In this document: in pieces, positions 10,969 through 20,194 of the stretch
How the letters are laid out: every line of letters starts with the position of its first letter
Position numbering within the stretch: position 1 is the stretch's first letter
DNA from: Nibricoccus sp.
GTDB taxonomy: Bacteria > Verrucomicrobiota > Verrucomicrobiia > Opitutales > Opitutaceae
Direction: 5' to 3'
DNA: 64,000 nt
Assembly: GCA_047602425.1 (NCBI GenBank)
Contig: JASGHG010000001.1
Coordinates: 4,704,001 to 4,768,000 of the forward strand
Position numbers and translations under genes: made by a program
The notes under the pieces: generated by a model
The model's database searches: none
What the model was told of the DNA's origin: nothing
The model's input: the letters and a program-made list of their open reading frames with translations, nothing else

Positions 10969-12540
10969 ATGTCAGGCCTCCTCTTCAAGGACGCGCAGCC
11001 TGCTGCGACGTCGTCGCCAAATCGCGCCGACGTCGTCTGCTTCATCGGCTTCGTCGGGCGCCGTGCCACGCCGCTATCCTCGCGCCTCAAGTCCTGGCTT
11101 CAGGACCAAGGCTGGCGGCCGCGCGGCACGCTCGTGCCCGACTTCGATCCGTTGTTCAACACGCCCGTTCCGCTGGAGAGTTTTGAGGCCTTTGATCGCC
11201 TGTTCGAATGGGAAACACGCCCGCCCCAACCGCATGCGTTTTCCTACACAACGTGGTTAGGCGCCGCCGTGCGCTCATTCTTCCGTCAAGGTGGCGCACG
11301 CTGTCACGTTGTGCGTATCGACAATCCGGTTACGTACAAAACCCTCGCCATCTCGGCTTCAGCCGCGGAGAAAGCGGCTTTTGTGGCCAGCCAGCAGGTT
11401 CGTCTCAACCAGTTGCTTCCCGGATTTGTCGGCGGCACTGAGACTCCGACTCCCGCGGATCCTGCAACGTGGAAAGGCCTCGGCGTTCTCCTCGGTCTCG
11501 ACGAAGCCGCCTTCGTCTGCCTGCCCGATTTGCCCGAACTCGTTGCGGACACAGCGCTCGAACCCGCGGGCCTCGCGCCGGTCGAGCCGGGTCCGGAGGT
11601 TTTTGTCGACTACACGCCGGAAGTTGTCCTGCCGAAGGACGAGGTTCGTCAGATTTCCTCGTCACCGGCCTGCACCGAAGCTGGTTATCTCACGTGGCGC
11701 CGTGCGGTCCGTTACGCTGCAAGCTTCATCCGCGACCGACGCCGCGATGTCGAATTGGTTTTGACGCTCCCGCTGCCATCGCCCGATCTCACGCGCAATT
11801 ACACGAGCAATCTCGATCTCGCCAGTGGCGTGCTTGGGCTCGGAAAAACGCTCGACGAAAACGATGGCATCGCCAGCGCATTTCTTCAGCTGGCTTACCC
11901 TTGGGTGTTGACGCCCGGCGCCGAGGCGCTACCTGGCGGACTCGAACCACCCGACGGCGTCTTTTCCGGCGTGCTCGCCCGCGCCATTCCTGAACTCGGG
12001 ATCGCCCACAGCGTAGGCCGTCAGTTTCTCCATGGAGTCCATGGCTTCGAACCCAAACTCACCGGTTCCGATTTGGAATTGGACACGCCGAAAACTGGAG
12101 CCCCCGCTTTGATCTATCGCGTCTCGCTGCTTGGCCAGACGCCCGACGGCAATCGAGTCCTTTCCGACGTCACCACGAGCAAAAGCGAAACCCATCGTCC
12201 CGCTCCAGTCGGACGGCTCACTGCCGCGATCCTGCGCACCTCGCGCCACCTTGGCGAAAGCGTCACTTTTGAGCCCGCTGGCACGGCGCTTTGGGAAAAA
12301 ATTCGCGCTCAACTGGAGCGTTTGCTTGGCGACTTCTATGCCGCCGGAGCGCTGCTCGGCACGTCGACCGAGGAGGCGTATTCAGTTCGTTGCGACGAAT
12401 CCACTACGAACCAAAACGACATCGACAACGGCCGTGTGATCGCGGAGGTCCGTTTCGCGCCGGCTCATCCCGTTGGGCTCATCACGGTCATTCTTTCTCT
12501 CCGCGAAGGCACTGTCACCGCCGTCGGCTCACCCGCCTGA
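10969..12540 (+). CDS. Second, divergent tail sheath protein (possible sheath initiator)
   Basis: DVVCFIGFVGR, AVRSFFRQGGARC, C-terminal AYSVRCDESTTNQNDIDNGRVIAEVRFAP sheath motif. Confidence 0.88.
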   Translation: MSGLLFKDAQPAATSSPNRADVVCFIGFVGRRATPLSSRLKSWLQDQGWRPRGTLVPDFDPLFNTPVPLESFEAFDRLFEWETRPPQPHAFSYTTWLGAAVRSFFRQGGARCHVVRIDNPVTYKTLAISASAAEKAAFVASQQVRLNQLLPGFVGGTETPTPADPATWKGLGVLLGLDEAAFVCLPDLPELVADTALEPAGLAPVEPGPEVFVDYTPEVVLPKDEVRQISSSPACTEAGYLTWRRAVRYAASFIRDRRRDVELVLTLPLPSPDLTRNYTSNLDLASGVLGLGKTLDENDGIASAFLQLAYPWVLTPGAEALPGGLEPPDGVFSGVLARAIPELGIAHSVGRQFLHGVHGFEPKLTGSDLELDTPKTGAPALIYRVSLLGQTPDGNRVLSDVTTSKSETHRPAPVGRLTAAILRTSRHLGESVTFEPAGTALWEKIRAQLERLLGDFYAAGALLGTSTEEAYSVRCDESTTNQNDIDNGRVIAEVRFAPAHPVGLITVILSLREGTVTAVGSPA

Positions 12541-12545
12541 TCATC

Positions 12546-13052
12546 ATGCCTGACTTTGAAACACCGCCTGTTGGAAATTTCCGCTACGAACTGGTTTTCT
12601 CCGAGAACCGTTTGAAAAGCGACGGCGCCCTGCCCAACAGCGAAAAAGGCGTGGCTGGTGGCGCGTTCGCCGAATGCAGCGGCCTTGAGGCAACCATGGA
12701 ACCCAAGGTGATCAAGGAAGGCGGTCTTAATTACGGAACGCATCAGCGCGTGGGCACCGTTTCTTTCGCCACGGTTATTCTCCGTCGCGGAATGACCACC
12801 AACACCGACCTCTGGAAATGGTTTCTCAAGGTCACGCTTTCCGGCGCCTACACCCACCGCATGGACGTGAAAATCCGTCACCTCGATTTTGATGGGACAA
12901 CGGTTATCCGCACGTGGCAACTCGACCGGGCTTTACCCGTGAAATTCAAATCCTCCGACCTGAACGCCAAGAGCGGAGAAATCGCCATCGAAGAGCTTCA
13001 TCTCGTTCACGAGGGCCTCGGCACTCCAATAAGCCATGATCGCTGTCCCTAA
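12546..13052 (+). CDS. Second tail tube protein (gp19-like)
   Basis: GAFAECSGLE, IKEGG, VILRRGMT, IAIEELHLVHEG. Start reassigned to the ATG at 12546, just after the sheath stop. Confidence 0.9.
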   Translation: MPDFETPPVGNFRYELVFSENRLKSDGALPNSEKGVAGGAFAECSGLEATMEPKVIKEGGLNYGTHQRVGTVSFATVILRRGMTTNTDLWKWFLKVTLSGAYTHRMDVKIRHLDFDGTTVIRTWQLDRALPVKFKSSDLNAKSGEIAIEELHLVHEGLGTPISHDRCP

Positions 13053-14007
13053 CACCGTAAAAGCAAAGTTCTCCTACAACAGTTCTGCGGGAGCGCAGAG
13101 CTTCGACGTTAATTTTAATCCCTCCTCGCTCGACTATACCATTACCGCGAACAGTCAGGGCGACGGCGGCCATGCGCAGCAAACCACCGGTTCGGCCAGC
13201 GCGAAGCTCAACATGGAGCTCATCTTCGACACCACCGACACCGGTGACGATGTCCGCTCCAAGACCAACAAGGTCGAGCTCATGCTCCAGACCAGTCCCG
13301 GCACCGGCGATAACCCTCCGCCGCAAGTTCTAAGCGAAGTCACCTTCGAATGGGGCGCGTTTCATTTCATCGGCATCGTCGACTCGTTCAAGCAGACGAT
13401 GGATTTCTTTTCGCCCAACGGCATTCCGCTGCGCGCCGTTGTCACGCTTTCGATGGCGCAAAACGCCTATAAATTCGACCAGCAGGGCTCCGGCCAAACC
13501 GCCAACGTTGATCAAACTCTCGACGTTGCCGGTGGAAGCCCTTCCGACCTCGCCGCCGCTGCTGGCGATCCAACCGGCGCCCGCGGCATCGCCAGCGCCA
13601 ATGGACTCGAAAGCCTTCGTGCCGGAGTTTCGGGCGGCATCTCCGTTGGCGGTGGCGTCTCGATCGGTGCCGCCGCCTCATTCTCCGCTGGGGCCAGCGC
13701 CAACGCCGGCCTTGGTGCTGGCCTTGGGTTCGGTGCCTCGGCTGGAGCTGGCGTTGGCCTCTCAACCGGTGCAGGCATTTCCGCCGGTGTTTCCGCGAGC
13801 GCCGGCGCCTTCAGTGAACTCCACACCGAAGCCACCGCCGTCGGGGGAAAATATCTCGACGCCTCGCGTTTGCTTGCGACGGCTTCCGCCCCCGGCGTCG
13901 CTCCCGGTGCGCTTTTCGATGTCACCGGCAAAGCTATTGCCCAAAGTTCCAGCACCTTTAAAGCCGAAGTCGGCGCCACCAGCGGGCTTCGCTTCGACGA
14001 CAATTAA
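13036..14007 (+). CDS. CIS tube-initiator protein (Afp7-like) with a Gly/Ala-rich C-terminal region
   Basis: VNFNPSSL, LNMELIFDT, VTFEWG, FSPNGIPLRAVVTLS motifs. Confidence 0.82.
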   Translation: MIAVPNTVKAKFSYNSSAGAQSFDVNFNPSSLDYTITANSQGDGGHAQQTTGSASAKLNMELIFDTTDTGDDVRSKTNKVELMLQTSPGTGDNPPPQVLSEVTFEWGAFHFIGIVDSFKQTMDFFSPNGIPLRAVVTLSMAQNAYKFDQQGSGQTANVDQTLDVAGGSPSDLAAAAGDPTGARGIASANGLESLRAGVSGGISVGGGVSIGAAASFSAGASANAGLGAGLGFGASAGAGVGLSTGAGISAGVSASAGAFSELHTEATAVGGKYLDASRLLATASAPGVAPGALFDVTGKAIAQSSSTFKAEVGATSGLRFDDN

Positions 14008-14009
14008 CC

Positions 14010-14177
14010 ATGGCCATCATTTTCGACGAAGTCTCAGCGGAAATCGCTCCGCCTGTTCCCACCACCGGCGCCGCCGACCGGCAGGGTGATGCGAACGTGC
14101 CTCCCACCGATCCACAAGCCGTCTTGCGCGAACTCCAACGTATCGCCGAACGGGCCGCCCGTTTGAACGCTGATTAA
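14010..14177 (+). CDS. Small 55-aa CIS-associated protein (MAIIFDEVSAEI...RIAERAARLNAD), absent from the ORF track
   Basis: ATG at 14010 to TAA at 14175-14177, filling the gap between neighbouring genes with spacers of 2 and 6 nt. Confidence 0.7.
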   Translation: MAIIFDEVSAEIAPPVPTTGAADRQGDANVPPTDPQAVLRELQRIAERAARLNAD

Positions 14178-14183
14178 GCCGCC

Positions 14184-15266
14184 ATGCCTCCTCCTGCCGA
14201 TACCGAACGCACCTACGTCGCCAATCCGACCGTCCGACTCGACGGTCAGGAAAACGAACGCATGGCGGCGCTCATCACCTCCATGGTGATGAACGAACAG
14301 GAGGGCGGGCTCTCTTCGCTCGAGCTTCGACTCACCAACTCCGCGTCGCTCCGCGGGGGCGGTGCTGAATACGCCTTCGACGTCGGTGGCGAACTGGCTT
14401 TTGGCGCCGAGATCGTCATTGGCGCCGGCGACACTGCGGCGCCTGTCGAAATTTTCCGCGGCATCGTCACAGGGCTGGAAGGCATTTTCAACAAGGAGAC
14501 TCCGCCGGAAATCATCGTTCTTGCCGAAGACGCCCTGCAAAAAGCCCGCTGCAAACGCCGAACCAAAGTCTACGAAGACCAGTCGCTCGCCGATATCGCC
14601 CGCGCCATCGCAGGCGACCATGGTCTCACGCCGCAGATCGACGGTCTCGATCAAAACTTCGGAACCCAGGTGCAGCTCAACGAAACCGACCTTGGTTTCC
14701 TTCGCCGCCTCATTGCACGAGTTGATGCCGATCTCCAGATCGTCGGCAACAATCTGCAAATTTCACCGCGTGCCAATGTCCGCCGCGGAGAACTCGAACT
14801 CGCCCTGGGCGGAGAACTCAGGGCCGCCCGTGTCCTCGCCGACCTTGCCCATCAAATCACGAAATCCACCGTGAAAGGTTGGGATGTATCCGGTGGTTCG
14901 GTCATGGATGGCGAGGGCGCGGAAAATGCCCTCGGCCCCGGCGAAGGCAAAAAAGGCGGCGAAACTCTGTCCGATGCTCTCGGGGACCGCACGCATCACA
15001 GCTGCCACCACTTCACTTTCAATCAGGACGAAGTCGACGCCGTCGCCACCACGGTCCGCAACCGCCGCGCCCGCCGCTTCCTTCGGGTGCAGGGCGAGAC
15101 CACCGGCTCCCCCGCACTTCGGGTCGGTACGCATGTGAAGCTCACCGGCCTCAGTACTTGGTTTTCGAATACATTCTACGTCACGTCGGCGCGCCATCTC
15201 TTCGACCTGCGCTCCGGTTATCGCACCGAGTTTGAAGGTCAGTGCGCTTACCTCGGAGACACCTGA
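14184..15266 (+). CDS. Baseplate hub / phage late control D family (gp27-like, VgrG N-terminal half)
   Basis: IFRGIVTGLE, VQLNETDLGFLRRL, VKGWD, GSPALRVG, FYVTSARHLFD...GYRTEF. Confidence 0.9.
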   Translation: MPPPADTERTYVANPTVRLDGQENERMAALITSMVMNEQEGGLSSLELRLTNSASLRGGGAEYAFDVGGELAFGAEIVIGAGDTAAPVEIFRGIVTGLEGIFNKETPPEIIVLAEDALQKARCKRRTKVYEDQSLADIARAIAGDHGLTPQIDGLDQNFGTQVQLNETDLGFLRRLIARVDADLQIVGNNLQISPRANVRRGELELALGGELRAARVLADLAHQITKSTVKGWDVSGGSVMDGEGAENALGPGEGKKGGETLSDALGDRTHHSCHHFTFNQDEVDAVATTVRNRRARRFLRVQGETTGSPALRVGTHVKLTGLSTWFSNTFYVTSARHLFDLRSGYRTEFEGQCAYLGDT

Positions 15267-15269
15267 CCC

Positions 15270-15947
15270 ATGCCCGCCATCGATTTACATTCCGATCCGG
15301 TTCATGCCTGCCATCTCGCCAAGGTGGTCAGCGTGCAAGATCCCGACAGCCTGGCCCGCGTCAAAGTGAAGCTCCTCACGGTCGATGGCGACGGCGAGGC
15401 CGAGATTTGGGCGCGCGTCGCCGTTCCTTTTGCGGGTGCCGACCGCGGTGCGCTTTTCATCCCCGATGTCGACGACGAGGTGCTCGTCACTTTTCTCGCC
15501 GGCGATTCACGCTTCCCCGTCGTGATCGGCGGCCTGTGGAATGGCGCACAAAACCCGCCCGAGCAATTCAGCGGCGATCGCGTGGATCGGTGGACCATCA
15601 CCGGCAAAGCCGGTACGCGCATAGCCATCGTCGAGGAAAGCGCCTCGTCGGCAAAAATCGAATTTTCCACGCCGAACGGCATCAAGGGCACGCTGACCGA
15701 CGAAAGCGGCGGCAGTATTAAGTTTGAGGATACAGGCGGCAACAGCATCACCATCGACTCTCAGGGCATCGCGCTTCAGGCCGCCTCGAAGGTCAAGGTC
15801 ACCGCCGGACAGGTCGAAGTTTCCGCCGGCATGGTGAAAGTGGACGCCGGCATGTCGAAATTTTCAGGCGTCGTGAAGTGCGATGTCCTTCAAGCCACAA
15901 CGGTTATCGCTTCAACCTACACCCCGGGAGCCGGCAACATATGGTAA
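15270..15947 (+). CDS. Baseplate spike protein (gpV / gp5 OB-fold, VgrG C-terminal half)
   Basis: DPDSLARVKV, WARVAVPFAGADRGALFIPDVDDEVLVTFLAGDSRFPVVIGGLWNG followed by short beta-strand repeats. Confidence 0.92.
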   Translation: MPAIDLHSDPVHACHLAKVVSVQDPDSLARVKVKLLTVDGDGEAEIWARVAVPFAGADRGALFIPDVDDEVLVTFLAGDSRFPVVIGGLWNGAQNPPEQFSGDRVDRWTITGKAGTRIAIVEESASSAKIEFSTPNGIKGTLTDESGGSIKFEDTGGNSITIDSQGIALQAASKVKVTAGQVEVSAGMVKVDAGMSKFSGVVKCDVLQATTVIASTYTPGAGNIW

Positions 15948-17533
15948 GCGTCGCCACAAAAGAAACTGACTGCGGCCACGAGGTCGAACTCCTCGGCGCC
16001 TGGCCCGTGCGTGGCGACGGCGCGCCTTCGATCATCGAGCGCAAAGACGAGGATTTTATCCCCGCTCTGCTTGAAGAACTCGCCGGCGAAAATCCGGCTT
16101 CGACGGTTCCAACCCATCGCCCCTCGGCGGACGGAAGCGTACTCCGTCTCTTCCAGCCCGTTCACCGTGTTTTCAACCTCGCGCTGCTTGAGGCCCATTG
16201 CACGACCTTCGGTACGCCGCGTCTCGACCCCCGCAAAATCGACTCCTCCGGGCTCGTCGTTCGCCGCATCCGCACCCAATCCGACGGCACTAAACGCTAC
16301 GATGCTTGGTGTGCCACGAAGAGCCGTGTGACCGGCTGGGTCGAGCTTCCGCCCTTCGACAGCGACGATCACCGCCGCGATCCGGACCCCGCCCGTCGTC
16401 CACAGCCTCGATACACCGCCGATCCCGCTTTTGACCGACGCCAGTTTGGCAGCAGCGACCGCACCGCCGAGGAAACTACTTCACTTTTTATCGCGCCACC
16501 CGAAACAGTTGCCACCACCACGCGCACTTTGCTGTATGGTGTGATTCCCGTCACCAGTTCCTCCCGTGCCGGCGCGATGCCGAAAGGTGACGCACCTTCT
16601 GCCGCCGACTGGGCCGCCCACCTTTCGCTCCTTCTTCGCGCCAACGCGAGTCCTGTCTTGCTCTGGCCCACCGACACTGCCGGACAGCGCGCCGAAAATC
16701 TCGTCCGCGACGACGTCAAAAACAACCCCGTCCTCTACCCTGACGCTAGCATCAACCCCGGCGCCTCGCGTTTCATCCTCCTCGTTCGCCAGCTGGCGCA
16801 AGAATTCAGTCTGCTCCGTCCGCTCAATCCAACCACGGGCGACAAGCTGATCGAAAAACTCAACGCCCTCACGATCACGCTGGTCGACGGCACCTCGCGC
16901 CCGGCCGGCTCTTACCTCAACGATGCCGCCAAACTCTACCTCGACCAACCTGAACCATCGCTCACGCTACCACGTCCGGCGACGTGGCCTGCTGTTACCG
17001 ACGCGCAGGCCAACGCGCTGTTCAATGTCCTTCAGGAAATCGCCGGCGAGACGGAGCTTTCGGTTTTCGCCGGGGAAAACGCCGGCGGGCGTTATGACGA
17101 CGTCACCGCTCATTATGTCGTTCGCGCCTTCATCCGCGTGAAGCGTCCCTGCGATTGTCCGCCGGAAATCGTGTGGAGCCCCTATAGCGAGGAATTCACC
17201 ATCGCTCCGTGGTTCGAATCCGGGCCGACGGGACCGGTGCCGGTGATTCTTCCGGATCTTACGCCTGATTTTTTCAAAAAAGCCCGTCCCAACGTCGCCT
17301 TCTCCGTGCCGGCGAAGCTGGCCAATTTTCTCAATCAGGATCCCAAGAAAATTCTCAAGGGCGAAGGCACCAACGGTTCGTCGCTCACCCTCGATTGGAT
17401 CTGCGGTTTCAACATCCCGATCATCACCATCTGCGCGTTCATCGTGCTCAACATCATCCTGGGCCTGCTGAACATCATCTTTTTTTGGCTCCCCTTCGTG
17501 AAGATCTGCATCCCCTTCCCCCGTAAAAAATGA
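15941..17533 (+). CDS. Hypothetical CIS protein with a C-terminal hydrophobic, Cys-containing putative membrane segment
   Basis: ATG at 15941 overlaps the spike gene end; C-terminus WICGFNIPIITICAFIVLNIILGLLNIIFFWLPFVKICIPFPRKK. Confidence 0.75.
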   Translation: MVSVATKETDCGHEVELLGAWPVRGDGAPSIIERKDEDFIPALLEELAGENPASTVPTHRPSADGSVLRLFQPVHRVFNLALLEAHCTTFGTPRLDPRKIDSSGLVVRRIRTQSDGTKRYDAWCATKSRVTGWVELPPFDSDDHRRDPDPARRPQPRYTADPAFDRRQFGSSDRTAEETTSLFIAPPETVATTTRTLLYGVIPVTSSSRAGAMPKGDAPSAADWAAHLSLLLRANASPVLLWPTDTAGQRAENLVRDDVKNNPVLYPDASINPGASRFILLVRQLAQEFSLLRPLNPTTGDKLIEKLNALTITLVDGTSRPAGSYLNDAAKLYLDQPEPSLTLPRPATWPAVTDAQANALFNVLQEIAGETELSVFAGENAGGRYDDVTAHYVVRAFIRVKRPCDCPPEIVWSPYSEEFTIAPWFESGPTGPVPVILPDLTPDFFKKARPNVAFSVPAKLANFLNQDPKKILKGEGTNGSSLTLDWICGFNIPIITICAFIVLNIILGLLNIIFFWLPFVKICIPFPRKK

Positions 17534-17916
17534 GCGTTCCTCCACCCATCGGTTGGCCTTTGCTTCCGCTCCCTGACGAGGGCGGGCAACTCAATTGGCC
17601 CACGCTCGAACAAAGCGTCGCGCAACAAATCCGCGTTATTCTTCAGACGCGTCCTGGCGAACAGCTCATGCGTCCGTTGTGGGGCGCCGGTCTGGAGAAT
17701 TTTCTCCACGAGCCCAACACGCTCACCACGCATCGCCGTATTCGCGACGTCGTTGGTTCATCCCTCGCGCACTGGGAGCAGCGAATCATCGTGGACGATA
17801 TCTCCGTCGCCGCGCCGCCCGACCAACCCGGTCAGGTCCGCGTGGAAATCGCTTACCGTCTCCGCCGCACCGGCGCCTCCAGCCGTCTCGGCCTAACCCT
17901 CGAACTCGGAGCCTGA
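17530..17916 (+). CDS. GPW/gp25 family baseplate protein
   Basis: QSVAQQIRVILQTRPGEQLMRPLWGAGL, LAHWEQRIIV. Confidence 0.92.
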   Translation: MSVPPPIGWPLLPLPDEGGQLNWPTLEQSVAQQIRVILQTRPGEQLMRPLWGAGLENFLHEPNTLTTHRRIRDVVGSSLAHWEQRIIVDDISVAAPPDQPGQVRVEIAYRLRRTGASSRLGLTLELGA

Positions 17917-17920
17917 CCCG

Positions 17921-20140
17921 ATGCCAATCCGCGTCCCATCTCTAGACGATCGCTCATTCAACAATCTGGTCGAGGAAGTCCTCGCGCGTGTTCCTGCCCA
18001 TACACCGGAATGGACTAATCCGGTTCCCGGCGATCCCGGCCGCACGTTGGTCGAACTCTTCGCGTGGCTCACCGACACGCTGCTTTACCGCGTCAATCTG
18101 ATTCCCGAGCGCCAGCGTCTGGCCTTTCTTCGTCTGCTCGGTGTGAAAATGCGCGCCGCTCGCGCCGCCCACACCGTTCTCTCGATCCAATTCGACGCGC
18201 CCGACAACACGAAGTCCCAATTTCTCCCGGCGCTCACGAAAATCAAAGGACCCGCCGGCTTCGAAATCCGTTCGGAAATCACCGTTCTTCCCATCGTGGG
18301 CGAACTTTACTGCAAACGCCCGCTGAACCCCGCGGAACTTGAGGAACTGTCTCCAAAGATCGCACAGCTTTCTCGTCTCTACCCAGTCGACATCAACAAA
18401 CCTGCCGTTCCTTATCTCACCACGCCGGTTTTTCCCGACGGCAAAGCCGATCCCGCGGGCTTCGACCTGATTCAGAACACCGTCGACCAGGCTCTCTGGT
18501 ACGCATTGCTCGTTCCCGCCGAACAAGCCGCCGACTTCGCCCCGATCCGAGATGCCGTCAAAACCACTCTCGGCAAAAGCAGCTCCGGCGGCCCGCAATA
18601 TCTCAACGTCGCGTTCTCGCCGAAACTTTCCCTGCCGGCGTTTGCCGAAGACATCGGAGAACGTTCTCCCATTCCTTTCACTTGGGAACTGACCACTCCC
18701 GATCCAGCCAACCCCACTAAAGGGGTCGCCTATCTTCCACTCACCGTCGTCAGTGATACCACGCAGGGACTCACGACCGATGGTGTCATCCGCCTCACGC
18801 TGCCGTCGAAAGATTCCTTTTTCGCGCCGCCGAACAACGTTCGCGACGACACGGACGCTGGCACCGGCGACAAGCCTCCGCGTCTCGACGACGATACAAA
18901 ATCCAACCGACTCGTCGCCTGGCTCCGTTTGCGTCCCGCCGTCGATCTCGACTCTCTCCCGATTGCCTGGAGCGGCATCAATGGCGTCGAAGCCGATCAA
19001 CGCCAAACCACCGCCGGCCTGGTCGTTGGTCAGGGCACGGGCCAGCCCGATCAATCGCTCACATTGCCCAATGGCGGCATCGAGGAAGAAAGTTTTAGCC
19101 TCCAAGTCGAGGAAGCCGGCCTCGGTTATCGTCGCTGGAAACGCGTTGCCAGCCTGGCTCTCGCCGGCGTGCAGGAAGCCGTTTACGAACTCGATCCCGA
19201 AGCCGGCACCGTGCTTTTTGGCGACGGCGTACGTGGAAAAATTCCCGCCCGCGGCGCTCGTTTTCGCGTCGAGCTCATGCGTCTTGGCGGCGGTGAAGTG
19301 GGAAACCTGTCGGCTGGTTCGCTCGCTCAAGTTCAAGTATCGCCCGCCCCGGTTGCAAAATTGAAAGCGTTCCAACCGCTCGCGGCCACCGGTGGCCAAA
19401 ATGCCGAATCGCTCGCCGAAGCCGAGAAGCGCATCCCCGCGCTTTTCCGCAATCGCGACCGTGCGGTCACCGCGGACGATTACGAAAAACTCGCCGCCAC
19501 CACGCCCGGTGTCCGGGTTGGCCGCGTGGAAGTGTTGCCCAAATTCAAACCGCAGGAACGCCGCCCCGATGTCCCCGGTGTCGTCTCCGTCATGGCGCTG
19601 CCCTACCGCGCCGGTTTCGACGCGCCGTATCCCCGCGTGGACCGCCCGTTCATCGAGACTGTTTTTAAATATCTGTCCGACCGCAAACCTCTAGGAACCG
19701 AACTCTACGTTATCGGCTGCGAATACGTTCAACTCGCGATCTCGGTTGGCATCGACAATCCTGGCGGCCGGGAAGAAACCAACACCGCCGTCAAAGAGGC
19801 CTTGAAACGTTACCTCTTTTGTCTCGCTCCCGGCGGTCCGCAAGGCGGTGGCTGGCCCCTCGGCCGCGCGATCAAACGCCGTGAGCTCGAAATTGTGGTC
19901 TCGCGTGTCGAAGGCATTGAGGGCGTTTCCGGTCCAAATCTTTTCCTCCAGGTCGGCGGCGTTTGGCAGCGGCTCACCGCCACCAACGACAACGTCGAGA
20001 TCACGCTTCAAGCTTGGCAACTGCCCGAACTGATCGGCGTCGTGGTCGCCGAGGGCGAAGCCCCGCTGGAGTTCAAACCGCCCGCGCCCACCAAAGCCAA
20101 TGACGGCCTCGCCATCCCCGTCGTTCCCGAAATCTGCTGA
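17921..20140 (+). CDS. Baseplate J-like wedge protein (Afp11/gp6 class)
   Basis: PSLDDRSF, PEWTN...DPGRTLVELFAWL, FGDGVRGKIP, GGEVGN, RAVTADDYE. Confidence 0.93.
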   Translation: MPIRVPSLDDRSFNNLVEEVLARVPAHTPEWTNPVPGDPGRTLVELFAWLTDTLLYRVNLIPERQRLAFLRLLGVKMRAARAAHTVLSIQFDAPDNTKSQFLPALTKIKGPAGFEIRSEITVLPIVGELYCKRPLNPAELEELSPKIAQLSRLYPVDINKPAVPYLTTPVFPDGKADPAGFDLIQNTVDQALWYALLVPAEQAADFAPIRDAVKTTLGKSSSGGPQYLNVAFSPKLSLPAFAEDIGERSPIPFTWELTTPDPANPTKGVAYLPLTVVSDTTQGLTTDGVIRLTLPSKDSFFAPPNNVRDDTDAGTGDKPPRLDDDTKSNRLVAWLRLRPAVDLDSLPIAWSGINGVEADQRQTTAGLVVGQGTGQPDQSLTLPNGGIEEESFSLQVEEAGLGYRRWKRVASLALAGVQEAVYELDPEAGTVLFGDGVRGKIPARGARFRVELMRLGGGEVGNLSAGSLAQVQVSPAPVAKLKAFQPLAATGGQNAESLAEAEKRIPALFRNRDRAVTADDYEKLAATTPGVRVGRVEVLPKFKPQERRPDVPGVVSVMALPYRAGFDAPYPRVDRPFIETVFKYLSDRKPLGTELYVIGCEYVQLAISVGIDNPGGREETNTAVKEALKRYLFCLAPGGPQGGGWPLGRAIKRRELEIVVSRVEGIEGVSGPNLFLQVGGVWQRLTATNDNVEITLQAWQLPELIGVVVAEGEAPLEFKPPAPTKANDGLAIPVVPEIC

Positions 20141-20194
20141 GAATCACTGGCACCCAAACCATTCCTCATCTTCCCATAAGTCTCCTTTTCTTTC

